DNA of 64,000 bases, taken from a virus. Taxonomy: Duplodnaviria; Caudoviricetes. The position numbers and the translations under genes were made by a program. The stretch covers positions 1 through 64,000 of IMG/VR virus record IMGVR_UViG_3300035070_003584. The stretch is one strand, 5' to 3'. Position 1 is the first letter of the stretch, and the number at the start of each line of letters is the position of its first letter. The notes beneath the pieces are model-generated. The model was not told the origin of the DNA. It ran no database searches and was given only the letters and a program-made list of their open reading frames with translations. Positions 29,898 through 39,236 of the stretch are shown in pieces.

Positions 29898-30051
29898 GGA
29901 AACCACTACATTTATTATCGCAATGATGCTAGGACTTTTAAGTAGCTTTCATTCATTATGGCTTGGATGGGTTGTAGGTCTAGGCGCATATATCTTTTTT
30001 CGTTGGGTACAGCGTGGACCAAATAATGGCTGGGATGAGGATCAACTATGA
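29887..30051 (+). CDS. Small membrane protein (54 aa, not in ORF track)
   Basis: TTG start; hydrophobic core; fills the gap and overlaps the gp62 start as ATGA. Confidence 0.5.
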   Translation: MADKETTTFIIAMMLGLLSSFHSLWLGWVVGLGAYIFFRWVQRGPNNGWDEDQL

Positions 30052-30425
30052 ATCCATTTGATTATTTAAATGCAATTAATGATACCAAAAAAGATATCAT
30101 GGTAGATGACATTGCTGAAAAGGGTTATGCACCATTTATGGTAAATCGTGGCCTTTCTTATTTTAATGATACTGTTCTATTCGCTAATGAGATGAATCGC
30201 TACCACCACCTAGATCATAGGCTACAATTTGACTTTTATATAAATATAATTCGAAAGCGTAAACGGTTCTCTAAATGGATGAAACCTGATACTGCTAGTG
30301 ACGTGGAAGTTGTTAAGGAATATTATGGCTATAGTAATGAAAAAGCCCGCCAAGCCTTGACCCTTCTCACATCTGAACAGATTAATGAATTGAAGAAAAA
30401 GGTTTATAAAGGTGGAAGAAAATAA
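30048..30425 (+). CDS. gp62: Clamp loader small subunit gp62
   Basis: PFMVNRGLS, ANEMN, EYYGYSNEKA. Confidence 0.92.
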   Translation: MNPFDYLNAINDTKKDIMVDDIAEKGYAPFMVNRGLSYFNDTVLFANEMNRYHHLDHRLQFDFYINIIRKRKRFSKWMKPDTASDVEVVKEYYGYSNEKARQALTLLTSEQINELKKKVYKGGRK

Positions 30426-30825
30426 TAACATTGTCGAATGGACACCAGGATCAATGCTGGAAATAACATTGAACGAGCCTGATGATTTCCTAAAAGTTAG
30501 AGAAACACTTACGCGTATTGGTGTTGCATCTCGTAAAGATAGAAAACTATTTCAGTCGTGCCATATTCTACATAAGCAAGGTAGATATTTTATTGTGCAT
30601 TTTAAAGAACTCTTTCTATTGGATGGTAAAAAATCCAATTTAGAAGAGAATGATATTGCTCGTAGAAATACAATTGCACAATTGATGAGTGATTGGGGTT
30701 TGATTAGTATTGAGGTTGGTGGTAATATCGAACCACTTGCTCCAATGAGACAAATTAAAATTATTCCTTTTAAAGAAAAGAATGATTGGGAACTTTGTCC
30801 AAAATATAATATCGGAAATAAATAA
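30412..30825 (+). CDS. regA: Translational repressor RegA
   Basis: DFLKVRETLTRIG, QSCHILHKQGRYFIVHFKELF. Confidence 0.96.
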   Translation: MEENNNIVEWTPGSMLEITLNEPDDFLKVRETLTRIGVASRKDRKLFQSCHILHKQGRYFIVHFKELFLLDGKKSNLEENDIARRNTIAQLMSDWGLISIEVGGNIEPLAPMRQIKIIPFKEKNDWELCPKYNIGNK

Positions 30826-30844
30826 AAGTTTTATATATATTATC

Positions 30845-30894
30845 GGATGCCGAGAGATCGGGTCCACTCAACTGTCCATAAAACGGAGGTTAAC
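30845..30894 (+). promoter_or_regulatory. Structured hsp20 5' leader (candidate RNA thermometer)
   Basis: GNRA-capped hairpin 30845-30865; AACTGTCC can pair with SD GGAGGTT leaving a bulged G. Confidence 0.45.
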
Positions 30895-31362
30895 ATGACA
30901 GGAACTTACGCACTGCCTAGACAGGCATTTATTGGGTTCGATCGTATGTTCGATCAACTCGAAAATATCCACAGCCAAGCAAAGGATACTTATCCACCAC
31001 ATAATGTTGTACGAGAAGAAGAATTTAAGTACATCGTGGAACTTGCCGTTGCTGGATTTTCTGAAGATGATATTACCCTAGAAGTGAAGGATCATATCTT
31101 AACCGTATCTGCTTCTCGTGAACAGAGACGTGAACAAGATAAGTATCTTCATAAGGGTATTTCAGCGAGGAAGTTCAAAAAGTCATTTCGTCTCTCAGAA
31201 TATACTGAGGTACGAGGAGCTGAAATGAAGGATGGAATTCTTGCCATTGGATTGGAAGTAGTCCTACCTGAAGAGAAGCGTCCCCAGACAATTAAAATTA
31301 ATAGTCATAAGGGGAAATCAAATGACACAAATAGCACTAAAAGGTTGTTCTCTCGGTCTTAA
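30895..31362 (+). CDS. hsp20: Small heat shock protein Hsp20/IbpA
   Basis: FIGFDRMF, YPPHN, ELAVAGF, YLHKGIS.R.F, DGIL.I. Confidence 0.93.
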   Translation: MTGTYALPRQAFIGFDRMFDQLENIHSQAKDTYPPHNVVREEEFKYIVELAVAGFSEDDITLEVKDHILTVSASREQRREQDKYLHKGISARKFKKSFRLSEYTEVRGAEMKDGILAIGLEVVLPEEKRPQTIKINSHKGKSNDTNSTKRLFSRS

Positions 31363-31537
31363 CCTTTTTAAGGGAGTTTTCGGAATCTTTGATCGTATTG
31401 GCACAGCCATTATGATTTCAAGACAAATTGAAGCAAATCGCATCATTGCAGAAAGAATGATTCACGAGTATCCAGGACATACTGTCGAAAGTTTGGCAGC
31501 TGAACTCAATCGTCAGACTGTGCAGGGGTGGAAATAA
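31322..31537 (+). CDS. Hypothetical protein
   Basis: ORF with RBS in the hsp20 operon. Confidence 0.55.
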   Translation: MTQIALKGCSLGLNLFKGVFGIFDRIGTAIMISRQIEANRIIAERMIHEYPGHTVESLAAELNRQTVQGWK

Positions 31538-31650
31538 TGACTTTTATTTGGAAATTCCTATTTAAAAAGGCAGGTTGCACTGCAGACTCTATTGCAGAAA
31601 TTGAACGTCAGATTAATGCTGATATCAATAGATATGATAGATACTGCTAA
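31537..31650 (+). CDS. Small hypothetical protein (37 aa)
   Basis: TAATG coupling at both ends. Confidence 0.45.
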   Translation: MTFIWKFLFKKAGCTADSIAEIERQINADINRYDRYC

Positions 31651-31710
31651 TGTGGCCGTACACCGAAGAAGAAAACGATAGACTAAAATAAAACAAAGAG
31701 GAGAATAGTG

Positions 31711-31866
31711 ATGAAGGGTACTGAACGTCAATGTCAAAAATGTGGCCACCGGTGCCATTGCTATTCTCCTGATTGCTCTGAATGTCACAATGATGTTTGT
31801 ACTGTATGTGACTGTGATAAACCTAATTTAAAAGATATACCAGATTCTTTTACAAAGGAGACATAA
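31711..31866 (+). CDS. Cys/His-rich metal-binding small protein (51 aa)
   Basis: GAGGAG RBS; CQKCGHRCHC..CSEC..CTVCDC; coupled to the lysozyme start. Confidence 0.6.
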   Translation: MKGTERQCQKCGHRCHCYSPDCSECHNDVCTVCDCDKPNLKDIPDSFTKET

Positions 31867-32309
31867 TGAATATCGACCAATTACGCGAAGAATTGAAAAT
31901 TGATGAAGGAGTAAAGTATGAGATATATTTGGATCATCTGGATTTACCTACTTTTGGCATTGGGCATTTGGTGCTCGATTCAGATCCTGAGTTTGGAGAG
32001 CCAATTGGAACTCCTGTCTCAGAAGACCGAGTCAACGAGTGCTTCGATCAAGACGTTGAAGTGGTGCTTGGAGAATGCAGAATCCTCTACCCAGACTTTA
32101 ACGATTTGCCAGAAGAAGCCAAACTAATCATTGCCAACATGATGTTTAATATGGGTCGCCCTCGCTTATCTAAGTTTAAAGGTATGAAACGTGGAGTAGA
32201 TGCTCGCGATTGGAATGCTGCAGCAGATGAAATGGTTGACTCTGCATGGTACCGTCAGGTAACAAATCGTGCAGATAGATTAGTTGAAAGAATGAGGGCT
32301 TTGGCGTAA
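31866..32309 (+). CDS. Lysozyme (GH24, T4 e-like)
   Basis: DEG....Y.D....TFGIGH catalytic motif; NMMFNMG; W..QV.NRA.RL. Confidence 0.92.
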   Translation: MNIDQLREELKIDEGVKYEIYLDHLDLPTFGIGHLVLDSDPEFGEPIGTPVSEDRVNECFDQDVEVVLGECRILYPDFNDLPEEAKLIIANMMFNMGRPRLSKFKGMKRGVDARDWNAAADEMVDSAWYRQVTNRADRLVERMRALA

Positions 32310-32316
32310 TTAGTTG

Positions 32317-32345
32317 TTTACAAACCACCAGGAATAGTGTATAAT
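32317..32345 (+). promoter_or_regulatory. Sigma70-type promoter for gene 43
   Basis: TTTACA-N17-TATAAT. Confidence 0.75.
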
Positions 32346-32367
32346 AGTACATGTTATTGGAGGTTTT

Positions 32368-34890
32368 ATGTCATTTTATACTTCGGTTGCCAGATATGGT
32401 AACAGCATGCTCTACCGCGGTTACGATCAAGGCGGTAATAGAGTAACTAAAAAAGAAACATTCTCACCGGTCTTTTTTGTACCATCAAAGACAGATACTG
32501 GTTGGCGTGGCCTTGATGGTGCACCCATTGGGCCCGTCAACTTTGAGAATATGCGTGAAGCAAAAGGTTGGTTGGAACAATATACAGATGTTTCCGGCTT
32601 TAAGATCTATGGTACTACCAACTATATTCATCAATATTTGCGTGAAAAGTTTCCACGTGATATTGAGTTTGACAGAGATAAAATCAATGTCTCTACTATT
32701 GACATCGAAACAGAATACAATGATGGGTTTCCTCATCCAGAAGTAGCAGATCAAAAGATCCTTGCTATTACTCTAAAAAATAATATTGACAATATCTATT
32801 GGGTTTGGGCTTATGGCGACTATGATGTAGATGCCGCTCTAATTAAACCAGTACGATATATGAAATGTGATTCCGAGGCAGATCTATTACTTAACTTCCT
32901 TGATTTCTATTCACGTGAGGACAAATGTCCGGATGTGATTACTGGTTGGAATGTTAGATTCTTTGATATTCCATACCTTGTAAATCGTACTGCCAAAGTC
33001 CTTGGTTTAGATATGATGAAAAAGTTCTCGCCATGGGGACTAGTTGAGCATCGTACAGTCACAAAACGTAACAAACAGGAAATGACCTTTGAATTACGTG
33101 GTGTACAGATTCTTGATTATTTGGAATTATTTCAAAAATTTGGCTATACCTATGGCACACAAGAGTCATACAGACTTAATCATATTGCATATGTAGTCCT
33201 TGGCGAAAGAAAATTATCATTTGAGGAATCTGGTTCACTAAAAAATCTATATGTAGATGATTTTCAAAAATACATTGACTATAACATGAAAGATGTTGAG
33301 TTGGTGGATCGCCTCGAGGATAAGATGGGTCTTATCACTCTTGCCATGACTGTGGCTTATAAGGGTGGGGTAAATTACCAGGATACATTTGGTACCACTG
33401 CTATATGGGAATCAATTATCTATCGTAAATTGATGAGTCAAAAGACAGTACCAGCTATTGAATTGGACCGACATGTTAAAACTGCCTTTGTTGGTGGTTA
33501 TGTTAAAGATGTCCAAACCGGAATGCATGATTGGGTTGTGTCATTTGACTTAAATTCACTTTATCCAAACATTATTGTTCAGTGGAATATGTCACCCGAA
33601 ACATTGCTTCGTAGTCCTAGAGACCAAGTGCATGGCGGTATTGATCACTTCCTTAATTTTTATGGCAGTGTAACCGATCCATTACACCCAGTAGTGCGTG
33701 AAAGCAATGTTGCAGTTGCTGCTAATGGTTCGGCATATCGTAAGGATAAGGATGGTGTGATTCCAGGCATTATTATTGATTACTATGATGAACGTCGTAG
33801 TGTTAAAAATATGATGTTGGCGGCAGAACAATCATACCAAAAGGGTAAAACCTTCGAGTTGGAAAAAGAAATTAATCGCCTTGAAAATCAGCAGATGGCT
33901 ATTAAAATTCTTATGAATTCACTTTATGGTGCTCTTGGTAATCAACACTTCAGATACTTTGATCTACGAATTGCCGAAGGTGTTACCACAACTGGTCAGT
34001 TGGTCATTCAATGGGCCGAACGCGCTATGAATGATGCAATGAATAAGGTAATGAAGGATGATAAAGACTATGTCATTGCCATGGACACAGATTCGTTATA
34101 TGTTAACTTTGGTCCTATGATTAAACACCTTGCACCAAATGATCCTGTAAAGTTTCTGGATAAAATCTGCAAGGAACATTTCGAACCTGCTCTTACCAAA
34201 GCATATGAAAATCTCTTTGAACGTCTTAATTGCCATAAACCTAGAATGGAAATGGCACGTGAGGTAATTGCAGACCGTGGTATCTGGACTGCCAAAAAAC
34301 GCTATATACTTAACGTGCACAACTCGGAAGGTGTGCAATATGCCGAACCTAAACTAAAGATTATGGGTATTGAGGCTATTAAATCTTCTACACCAGAAGT
34401 GTGCCGTGGTAGGTTTAAAGAGATATTTAACATTATTATGACACAAGGAGAAGAAGCAACACAAAACTATATTCGCAATTTTAAAACTGAATTCTTTTCT
34501 CTACCAGCAGAAGAGGTTGCATTTCCTAGGTCTGTGTCTAATATTACAGAATATCATGATCGGAAACTTATCTATAAAAAGGGTAGTCCAATTCATGTCC
34601 GTGGCTCGTTACTATATAATAAACATCTTAAGGATGCAAAACTAACTAAAAAATATGAGTTAATTGAAAATGGTAGCAGAATTAAATTTTGTTATTTAAA
34701 AATGCCAAATACAATCAAGGAAAATGTGGTTGCTTTTCCAAATGAATTACCTAAAGAGTTGCAACTGGATCGCTATATAGATTATGAACTACAGTTTGAA
34801 AAAACTTTTATTGACCCATTAAAACTTATACTGGATGCAGTAGGTTGGTCTGTCGAGGATCAAATGACATTGGAGGACTTTTTTATATGA
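32368..34890 (+). CDS. gp43: Family B DNA polymerase gp43
   Basis: DIET exonuclease motif, SFDLNSLYP, K..MNSLYG, DTDS, KKRY. Confidence 0.98.
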   Translation: MSFYTSVARYGNSMLYRGYDQGGNRVTKKETFSPVFFVPSKTDTGWRGLDGAPIGPVNFENMREAKGWLEQYTDVSGFKIYGTTNYIHQYLREKFPRDIEFDRDKINVSTIDIETEYNDGFPHPEVADQKILAITLKNNIDNIYWVWAYGDYDVDAALIKPVRYMKCDSEADLLLNFLDFYSREDKCPDVITGWNVRFFDIPYLVNRTAKVLGLDMMKKFSPWGLVEHRTVTKRNKQEMTFELRGVQILDYLELFQKFGYTYGTQESYRLNHIAYVVLGERKLSFEESGSLKNLYVDDFQKYIDYNMKDVELVDRLEDKMGLITLAMTVAYKGGVNYQDTFGTTAIWESIIYRKLMSQKTVPAIELDRHVKTAFVGGYVKDVQTGMHDWVVSFDLNSLYPNIIVQWNMSPETLLRSPRDQVHGGIDHFLNFYGSVTDPLHPVVRESNVAVAANGSAYRKDKDGVIPGIIIDYYDERRSVKNMMLAAEQSYQKGKTFELEKEINRLENQQMAIKILMNSLYGALGNQHFRYFDLRIAEGVTTTGQLVIQWAERAMNDAMNKVMKDDKDYVIAMDTDSLYVNFGPMIKHLAPNDPVKFLDKICKEHFEPALTKAYENLFERLNCHKPRMEMAREVIADRGIWTAKKRYILNVHNSEGVQYAEPKLKIMGIEAIKSSTPEVCRGRFKEIFNIIMTQGEEATQNYIRNFKTEFFSLPAEEVAFPRSVSNITEYHDRKLIYKKGSPIHVRGSLLYNKHLKDAKLTKKYELIENGSRIKFCYLKMPNTIKENVVAFPNELPKELQLDRYIDYELQFEKTFIDPLKLILDAVGWSVEDQMTLEDFFI

Positions 34891-35213
34891 GAGTAAGCAT
34901 TAATGATATTGGTGGAGAGGTTATCAAAGATAATGAAACCTATCTGCTAAAAGATAATAAGACGCTAAATAATTTGGTACTCAGTAGTACTGATTTAAAA
35001 TCAAAAATGAGTACACGTGGTCATAGCCATGCCGGCCAAGAGGAAGTGTATTATTTTGTAAAAGGTTCTGGTAAAATGGAACTAGATGAAGAAGAAATTG
35101 CAGTTAAGGCTGGAGATGTAGTCCTTATTGAGGATGGAGTATTCCATAGGGTCCATGCTGGACCACGTGGTTGTTATTTTGTATGTGTATTTGATGGAAA
35201 GAGAAATCACTAA
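34887..35213 (+). CDS. Cupin-domain protein
   Basis: GHSH..QEEVY..G.G and GD...I..G.FHRV. Confidence 0.85.
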   Translation: MRVSINDIGGEVIKDNETYLLKDNKTLNNLVLSSTDLKSKMSTRGHSHAGQEEVYYFVKGSGKMELDEEEIAVKAGDVVLIEDGVFHRVHAGPRGCYFVCVFDGKRNH

Positions 35214-35590
35214 TGAGTAATTTTACAGACGTAGGCACTTTCATGAAAACTTTTGGTCAGGAAGTAAAAACAGTACCAGAATTTCCTGATAAGGATACCA
35301 TTGAACTTCGTATTGAGTTGATTGGTGAGGAACTAAATGAGTTTTGGGATGCCTGTGACCAGAAAGATATTGTTGCAGCGGCTGATGCCCTTGCAGATAT
35401 TCTATATGTAACCTATGGTGCTGCCCATGCATTTGGTATTGATGTTGATGCATGTTTTGCCGAAGTACAAAGATCTAATATGTCCAAGTTAGGTGAGGAT
35501 GGCAAACCTATCTATAGAGAAGATGGTAAGGTTTTAAAAGGACCAAATTATTCTGAACCAGACCTAAAAAGTGTTTTACAAATCGACTAA
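35213..35590 (+). CDS. MazG-like/all-alpha NTP pyrophosphohydrolase
   Basis: LIGEELNE...DALADILYV.YG, EVQRSNMSK. Confidence 0.88.
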   Translation: MSNFTDVGTFMKTFGQEVKTVPEFPDKDTIELRIELIGEELNEFWDACDQKDIVAAADALADILYVTYGAAHAFGIDVDACFAEVQRSNMSKLGEDGKPIYREDGKVLKGPNYSEPDLKSVLQID

Positions 35591-35603
35591 TTTGTGGTAT
35601 AAT
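35575..35603 (+). promoter_or_regulatory. Sigma70-type promoter
   Basis: TTTACA-N17-TATAAT. Confidence 0.7.
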
Positions 35604-35608
35604 ATACT

Positions 35609-36562
35609 ATGTTAAATCCAAAATATCCAATTTATATTATTTCGAAAGGCCGTTGGGATTCTAGACAGACCCAACGGACACTCGAAGAACTAAATGTACC
35701 TTACCGTATTGTGATCGAAGAATCAGAATATGATAAGTATGCAGAAAATGTTCCAGAAAAAAAGATCCTCACGTTACCTACAGATTTTCGTGAGAATCCA
35801 CTCTATGCTATTCCAGATGAAACTACTGGCTTTATCGGTGGTTCTATTCCGGTCCGTAACTTTGTTTGGGAACATTCCAAATCTGAAGGTCACGCTCGGC
35901 ACTGGATCCTAGATGATAATATGAGACACATTTATCGGTTAAATCGTAACCTTAAAACTCGTATGCAATCCGGTTCGTCATTTGGTATCATAGAGCAATT
36001 TGTTGACCGATATGAAAATGTCAGATTGGCTGGTATGAACTATGCATTCTTTGCTCCTGCCACAGTAAAGAAACCACCATATTATACCAATACTAGAATT
36101 TACTCTTGTATCCTAATTGACAATTCACTTAAACATCGGTGGCGTGGCAGATACAACGAGGATACCGATTTGTCATTGCGTGTGCTCAAGGATGGTGATT
36201 GTACCATGTTGTTCAACAACTTTCTGGTTGGTAAGGCAGCAACAATGACAATGAAGGGTGGTAATACCGAAACCGTCTATAACATTGATGAAACCGGCGA
36301 TCGCAATAAACGTGGTGGTAATGAATTTGATAATCGTAAAGAGTTTGCCGAATCACTTATTGCCCAACATCCGGATGTTGTCAGACTTGCATTTAAATGG
36401 GGTCGTTACCACCATGATGTTAACTATTCAGTGTTTGTTCAAAAGCCAGTGAAAAAAGAAGGTCTAAATATTCCACGTGGACTAAATGAACACGGATTGG
36501 TTTTAAAGCCAATATCGCCAGAAGATCACAGTGATGAAGGAGAAGAAAATTATGGCGACTAA
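35609..36562 (+). CDS. GT-A fold glycosyltransferase (TET-associated/GREB1-like, DNA base glycosyltransferase type)
   Basis: YPIYIISKGR, RNF.WEH, W.LDDN, RIYSC, RGRYNEDTD, KGGNT. Confidence 0.75.
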   Translation: MLNPKYPIYIISKGRWDSRQTQRTLEELNVPYRIVIEESEYDKYAENVPEKKILTLPTDFRENPLYAIPDETTGFIGGSIPVRNFVWEHSKSEGHARHWILDDNMRHIYRLNRNLKTRMQSGSSFGIIEQFVDRYENVRLAGMNYAFFAPATVKKPPYYTNTRIYSCILIDNSLKHRWRGRYNEDTDLSLRVLKDGDCTMLFNNFLVGKAATMTMKGGNTETVYNIDETGDRNKRGGNEFDNRKEFAESLIAQHPDVVRLAFKWGRYHHDVNYSVFVQKPVKKEGLNIPRGLNEHGLVLKPISPEDHSDEGEENYGD

Positions 36563-36836
36563 TAAACTAAATGTTGATAATGTATCTAATAACTTGTTCA
36601 TTCTTTCAGGTGATGAAGAAGAACGTACACCTTATGATTGGGATAATATGCCAGAATTTGTACAAGATGAATCCGAGCCGTATGCAAAAATTGTCGTACG
36701 GATTCGTAGTGAAGAAGATCTAAAAAAGTTCATTGAATTGATGGATCAACCTATTACACCAAAGACTAAATCAATTTGGTATCCAGCATTGGATCGGTTC
36801 CGTAATTCTCTACTTCGTTGGATGGATGACGAATAA
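36552..36836 (+). CDS. Small partner protein of the glycosyltransferase
   Basis: W..MPEF.Q and Q.IT.KTKSIWYP motif; overlaps the GT stop. Confidence 0.55.
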   Translation: MATNKLNVDNVSNNLFILSGDEEERTPYDWDNMPEFVQDESEPYAKIVVRIRSEEDLKKFIELMDQPITPKTKSIWYPALDRFRNSLLRWMDDE

Positions 36837-36840
36837 GTTG

Positions 36841-36869
36841 TTTACTTTTAACTAGTAATGTTGTATAAT
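36841..36869 (+). promoter_or_regulatory. Sigma70-type promoter
   Basis: TTTACT-N17-TATAAT. Confidence 0.7.
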
Positions 36870-36874
36870 ATACT

Positions 36875-37801
36875 ATGTTGTCACTAACCATATTCAATTC
36901 TTTATTTGATAATAAAACCAACCAACGCGTTGATTTGCCAAACTTTGATGCGTTTGAAAAGGTTTTATATCAATTGTCAGAAAAACCTCGCGTCAGTAAA
37001 AAAGACGCAGAGTTAATATCTCCTGCCATCTATGTCAAGGATACTACTAGAGCAAATGCTAATGTTATCGAATGGGCTGGATGGTGTTGTGTTGATGTTG
37101 ATGAATACATACCAAATGGAGATTTAAAAGATGATTTATGTAATAAGTTTGCTCACCTTAGGTTCGTTTGTTACAGCACTGCTAGCAGTACGGTGGATCA
37201 ACCTAAGTTCAGATTGGTGTTTCCTTTGCGAACACGAGTGGGAAGAGAGTCAATCAGACACTTCTGGTATGCACTCAATAGAGAACTCGGAGAGCTTGGA
37301 GACGCTCAAACTAAAGACTTATCACGCATGTACTATATCCCTGCGAAATATTCTGGCGCTTTCAACTTTATTTTCAGTCATGATGGCGATACAATTGATG
37401 TTTATGATCTTCTAGGAAAACACCCTTATGCCGAAAAAGCCAATCTCAATAACTTCTTCGACCGACTCCCAGATGAACTCCAAAAACAAATCATCGAACA
37501 CAGAAAAGGACAAATGGATAACACTAACGTGGTGTGGTCGTCCTATCGTGACTGTCCCTTCTTCCCTCGTAAGCTCGAAGCGGAATACAGACTCATAAAC
37601 AATACCGGTTGGTATCATAAAATGTACCAAATAATGGTTGCTGTTGCCGGTAATGCCATTAAAAATCAATATCCAATTACAGCCAATGAAATATCAAAAT
37701 TGTGTAGAGAATTGGATACCGAAACCGGTAACTGGTATAAAAATAGACCATTAGACAAAGAGGCAGATCGTGCCCTGGAATACGTCTACAAAAATATGTA
37801 A
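36875..37801 (+). CDS. Primase-polymerase (AEP-like) protein
   Basis: SPA.Y....R.N.NV...DVD, YSTAS....PKFRLVFPL, KDLSR.YY.P. Confidence 0.6.
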   Translation: MLSLTIFNSLFDNKTNQRVDLPNFDAFEKVLYQLSEKPRVSKKDAELISPAIYVKDTTRANANVIEWAGWCCVDVDEYIPNGDLKDDLCNKFAHLRFVCYSTASSTVDQPKFRLVFPLRTRVGRESIRHFWYALNRELGELGDAQTKDLSRMYYIPAKYSGAFNFIFSHDGDTIDVYDLLGKHPYAEKANLNNFFDRLPDELQKQIIEHRKGQMDNTNVVWSSYRDCPFFPRKLEAEYRLINNTGWYHKMYQIMVAVAGNAIKNQYPITANEISKLCRELDTETGNWYKNRPLDKEADRALEYVYKNM

Positions 37802-37870
37802 TAAAACGAAATTAGTTGTTTACAAATGCATTTTTGTATGATATAATAGTATAATAATCAAAAAGAGGAG
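37801..37870 (+). promoter_or_regulatory. Early promoter/leader cassette (copy 1)
   Basis: TAAAACGAAATTAGTTGTTTACA-N17-TATAAT...ATAATCAAAAAGAGGAG. Confidence 0.85.
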
Positions 37871-37878
37871 CATTGGTT

Positions 37879-38331
37879 ATGGTATTTAATGAATTAAATG
37901 ATCTAGTAAAAACTATAAAAAATTTAAATTTGGATAGCATTTTATCCAAAAAAACATTAATGAAATCTGTAACAATTTATAGCAATTTAACCACATCCGG
38001 TCTTAAGGATAAATCCGGCGCCAGTAAAAAACATGGAGTATATATCCATTATTATAATGGAAATCCATTATATGTTGGTAAGGCCGAAAGACAAAGTATT
38101 TCCATTAGACAATCTCAACATTTGGGTGCATTTAGAAATCCAAAAAGTATTGCCGAAAGAAGTGGTAAAAAATATAGAGATTTTCTAAATGAAAATAAAT
38201 TAGAATCAATGAAAATTGATATTTGGTATCTGGATCTCTCTGATTATCCAAAATGTATTATACCAATGTTAGAATTGGAAATTATGGATTATCTTAATAC
38301 ACCATTTAATAAGGAAAATCAAAATTCATAA
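37879..38331 (+). CDS. GIY-YIG family nuclease
   Basis: GVYIH....LYVGKA....R..QH and downstream E...N motifs. Confidence 0.7.
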   Translation: MVFNELNDLVKTIKNLNLDSILSKKTLMKSVTIYSNLTTSGLKDKSGASKKHGVYIHYYNGNPLYVGKAERQSISIRQSQHLGAFRNPKSIAERSGKKYRDFLNENKLESMKIDIWYLDLSDYPKCIIPMLELEIMDYLNTPFNKENQNS

Positions 38332-38369
38332 TTCGCTATATACTAAGACATTAAATTAAGGAGACGCAA

Positions 38370-39194
38370 ATGAAAAATATTGCAATTATTGGACACGGCT
38401 ATGTTGGTAAGGCCGTTGAATATGGATTCCAAACTCAATGGGTGAAACAGACACTTATTGATCCAGCACTCTATGGCAACAGCCTAAGTGATCTACGAGG
38501 TACACGAGTTGATGTCGCATTTGTTTGTGTACCTACTCCTATGGGTGAGGATGGTTCTATTAACTCATCTATTGTAGAACAAACTGTAAGAGATTTATCT
38601 GCAATTACAACTGGACTCATTGTTATTAAATCAACTGTTGTACCAAGTGTTGTTGCAGAATTGTCTGAGTCCAATCCGCAGGTAATTTATAACCCTGAAT
38701 TCCTTACAGAAAAAAATGCACTAGATGATTTTATTAATCCACCAATGCATGTGTTTGGTGGTGAAAAAGGTGCCACTGCAAAACTAGAAGAGATTTATAA
38801 GGAACATTCTCGGTGTAAACCATGTCAAGCATATCACATGACTGCAATGGAAGCATCATTTGTAAAATATGGAATTAATTCATTCCTTGCAACCAAGGTA
38901 TTGTGGATGAACCAGTTCCAAGATCTTTGTGATAATTGGCATGCCAAATATAATGTTGTTGCAAATGCAATTGGTTCGGATGCCAGAATTGGTCACAGTC
39001 ATATGCAAGTGCCTGGTCCGGATGGTCGTAAAGGCTACGGTGGGGCATGTTTTCCCAAGGACACAAAAGCCTTTTCACATTTTGCCGAAGGTCAGCTTAC
39101 AGTCTTAGATGCAGTCATCGAAGAAAATAACATATATCGTGCTATGTATGAGTTGGATGATCGCGAGAAAGAACAAAATGTTGTTTACATTTAA
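38370..39194 (+). CDS. ugd: UDP-glucose 6-dehydrogenase family protein
   Basis: GHGYVG, CVPTP, KSTV, NPEFL, GYGGACFPKD. Confidence 0.9.
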   Translation: MKNIAIIGHGYVGKAVEYGFQTQWVKQTLIDPALYGNSLSDLRGTRVDVAFVCVPTPMGEDGSINSSIVEQTVRDLSAITTGLIVIKSTVVPSVVAELSESNPQVIYNPEFLTEKNALDDFINPPMHVFGGEKGATAKLEEIYKEHSRCKPCQAYHMTAMEASFVKYGINSFLATKVLWMNQFQDLCDNWHAKYNVVANAIGSDARIGHSHMQVPGPDGRKGYGGACFPKDTKAFSHFAEGQLTVLDAVIEENNIYRAMYELDDREKEQNVVYI

Positions 39195-39212
39195 CCTATA
39201 GTATGGTATAAT
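39184..39212 (+). promoter_or_regulatory. Sigma70-type promoter
   Basis: TTTACA-N17-TATAAT. Confidence 0.7.
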
Positions 39213-39236
39213 ATACTATATTATTTGGAGGAATAT

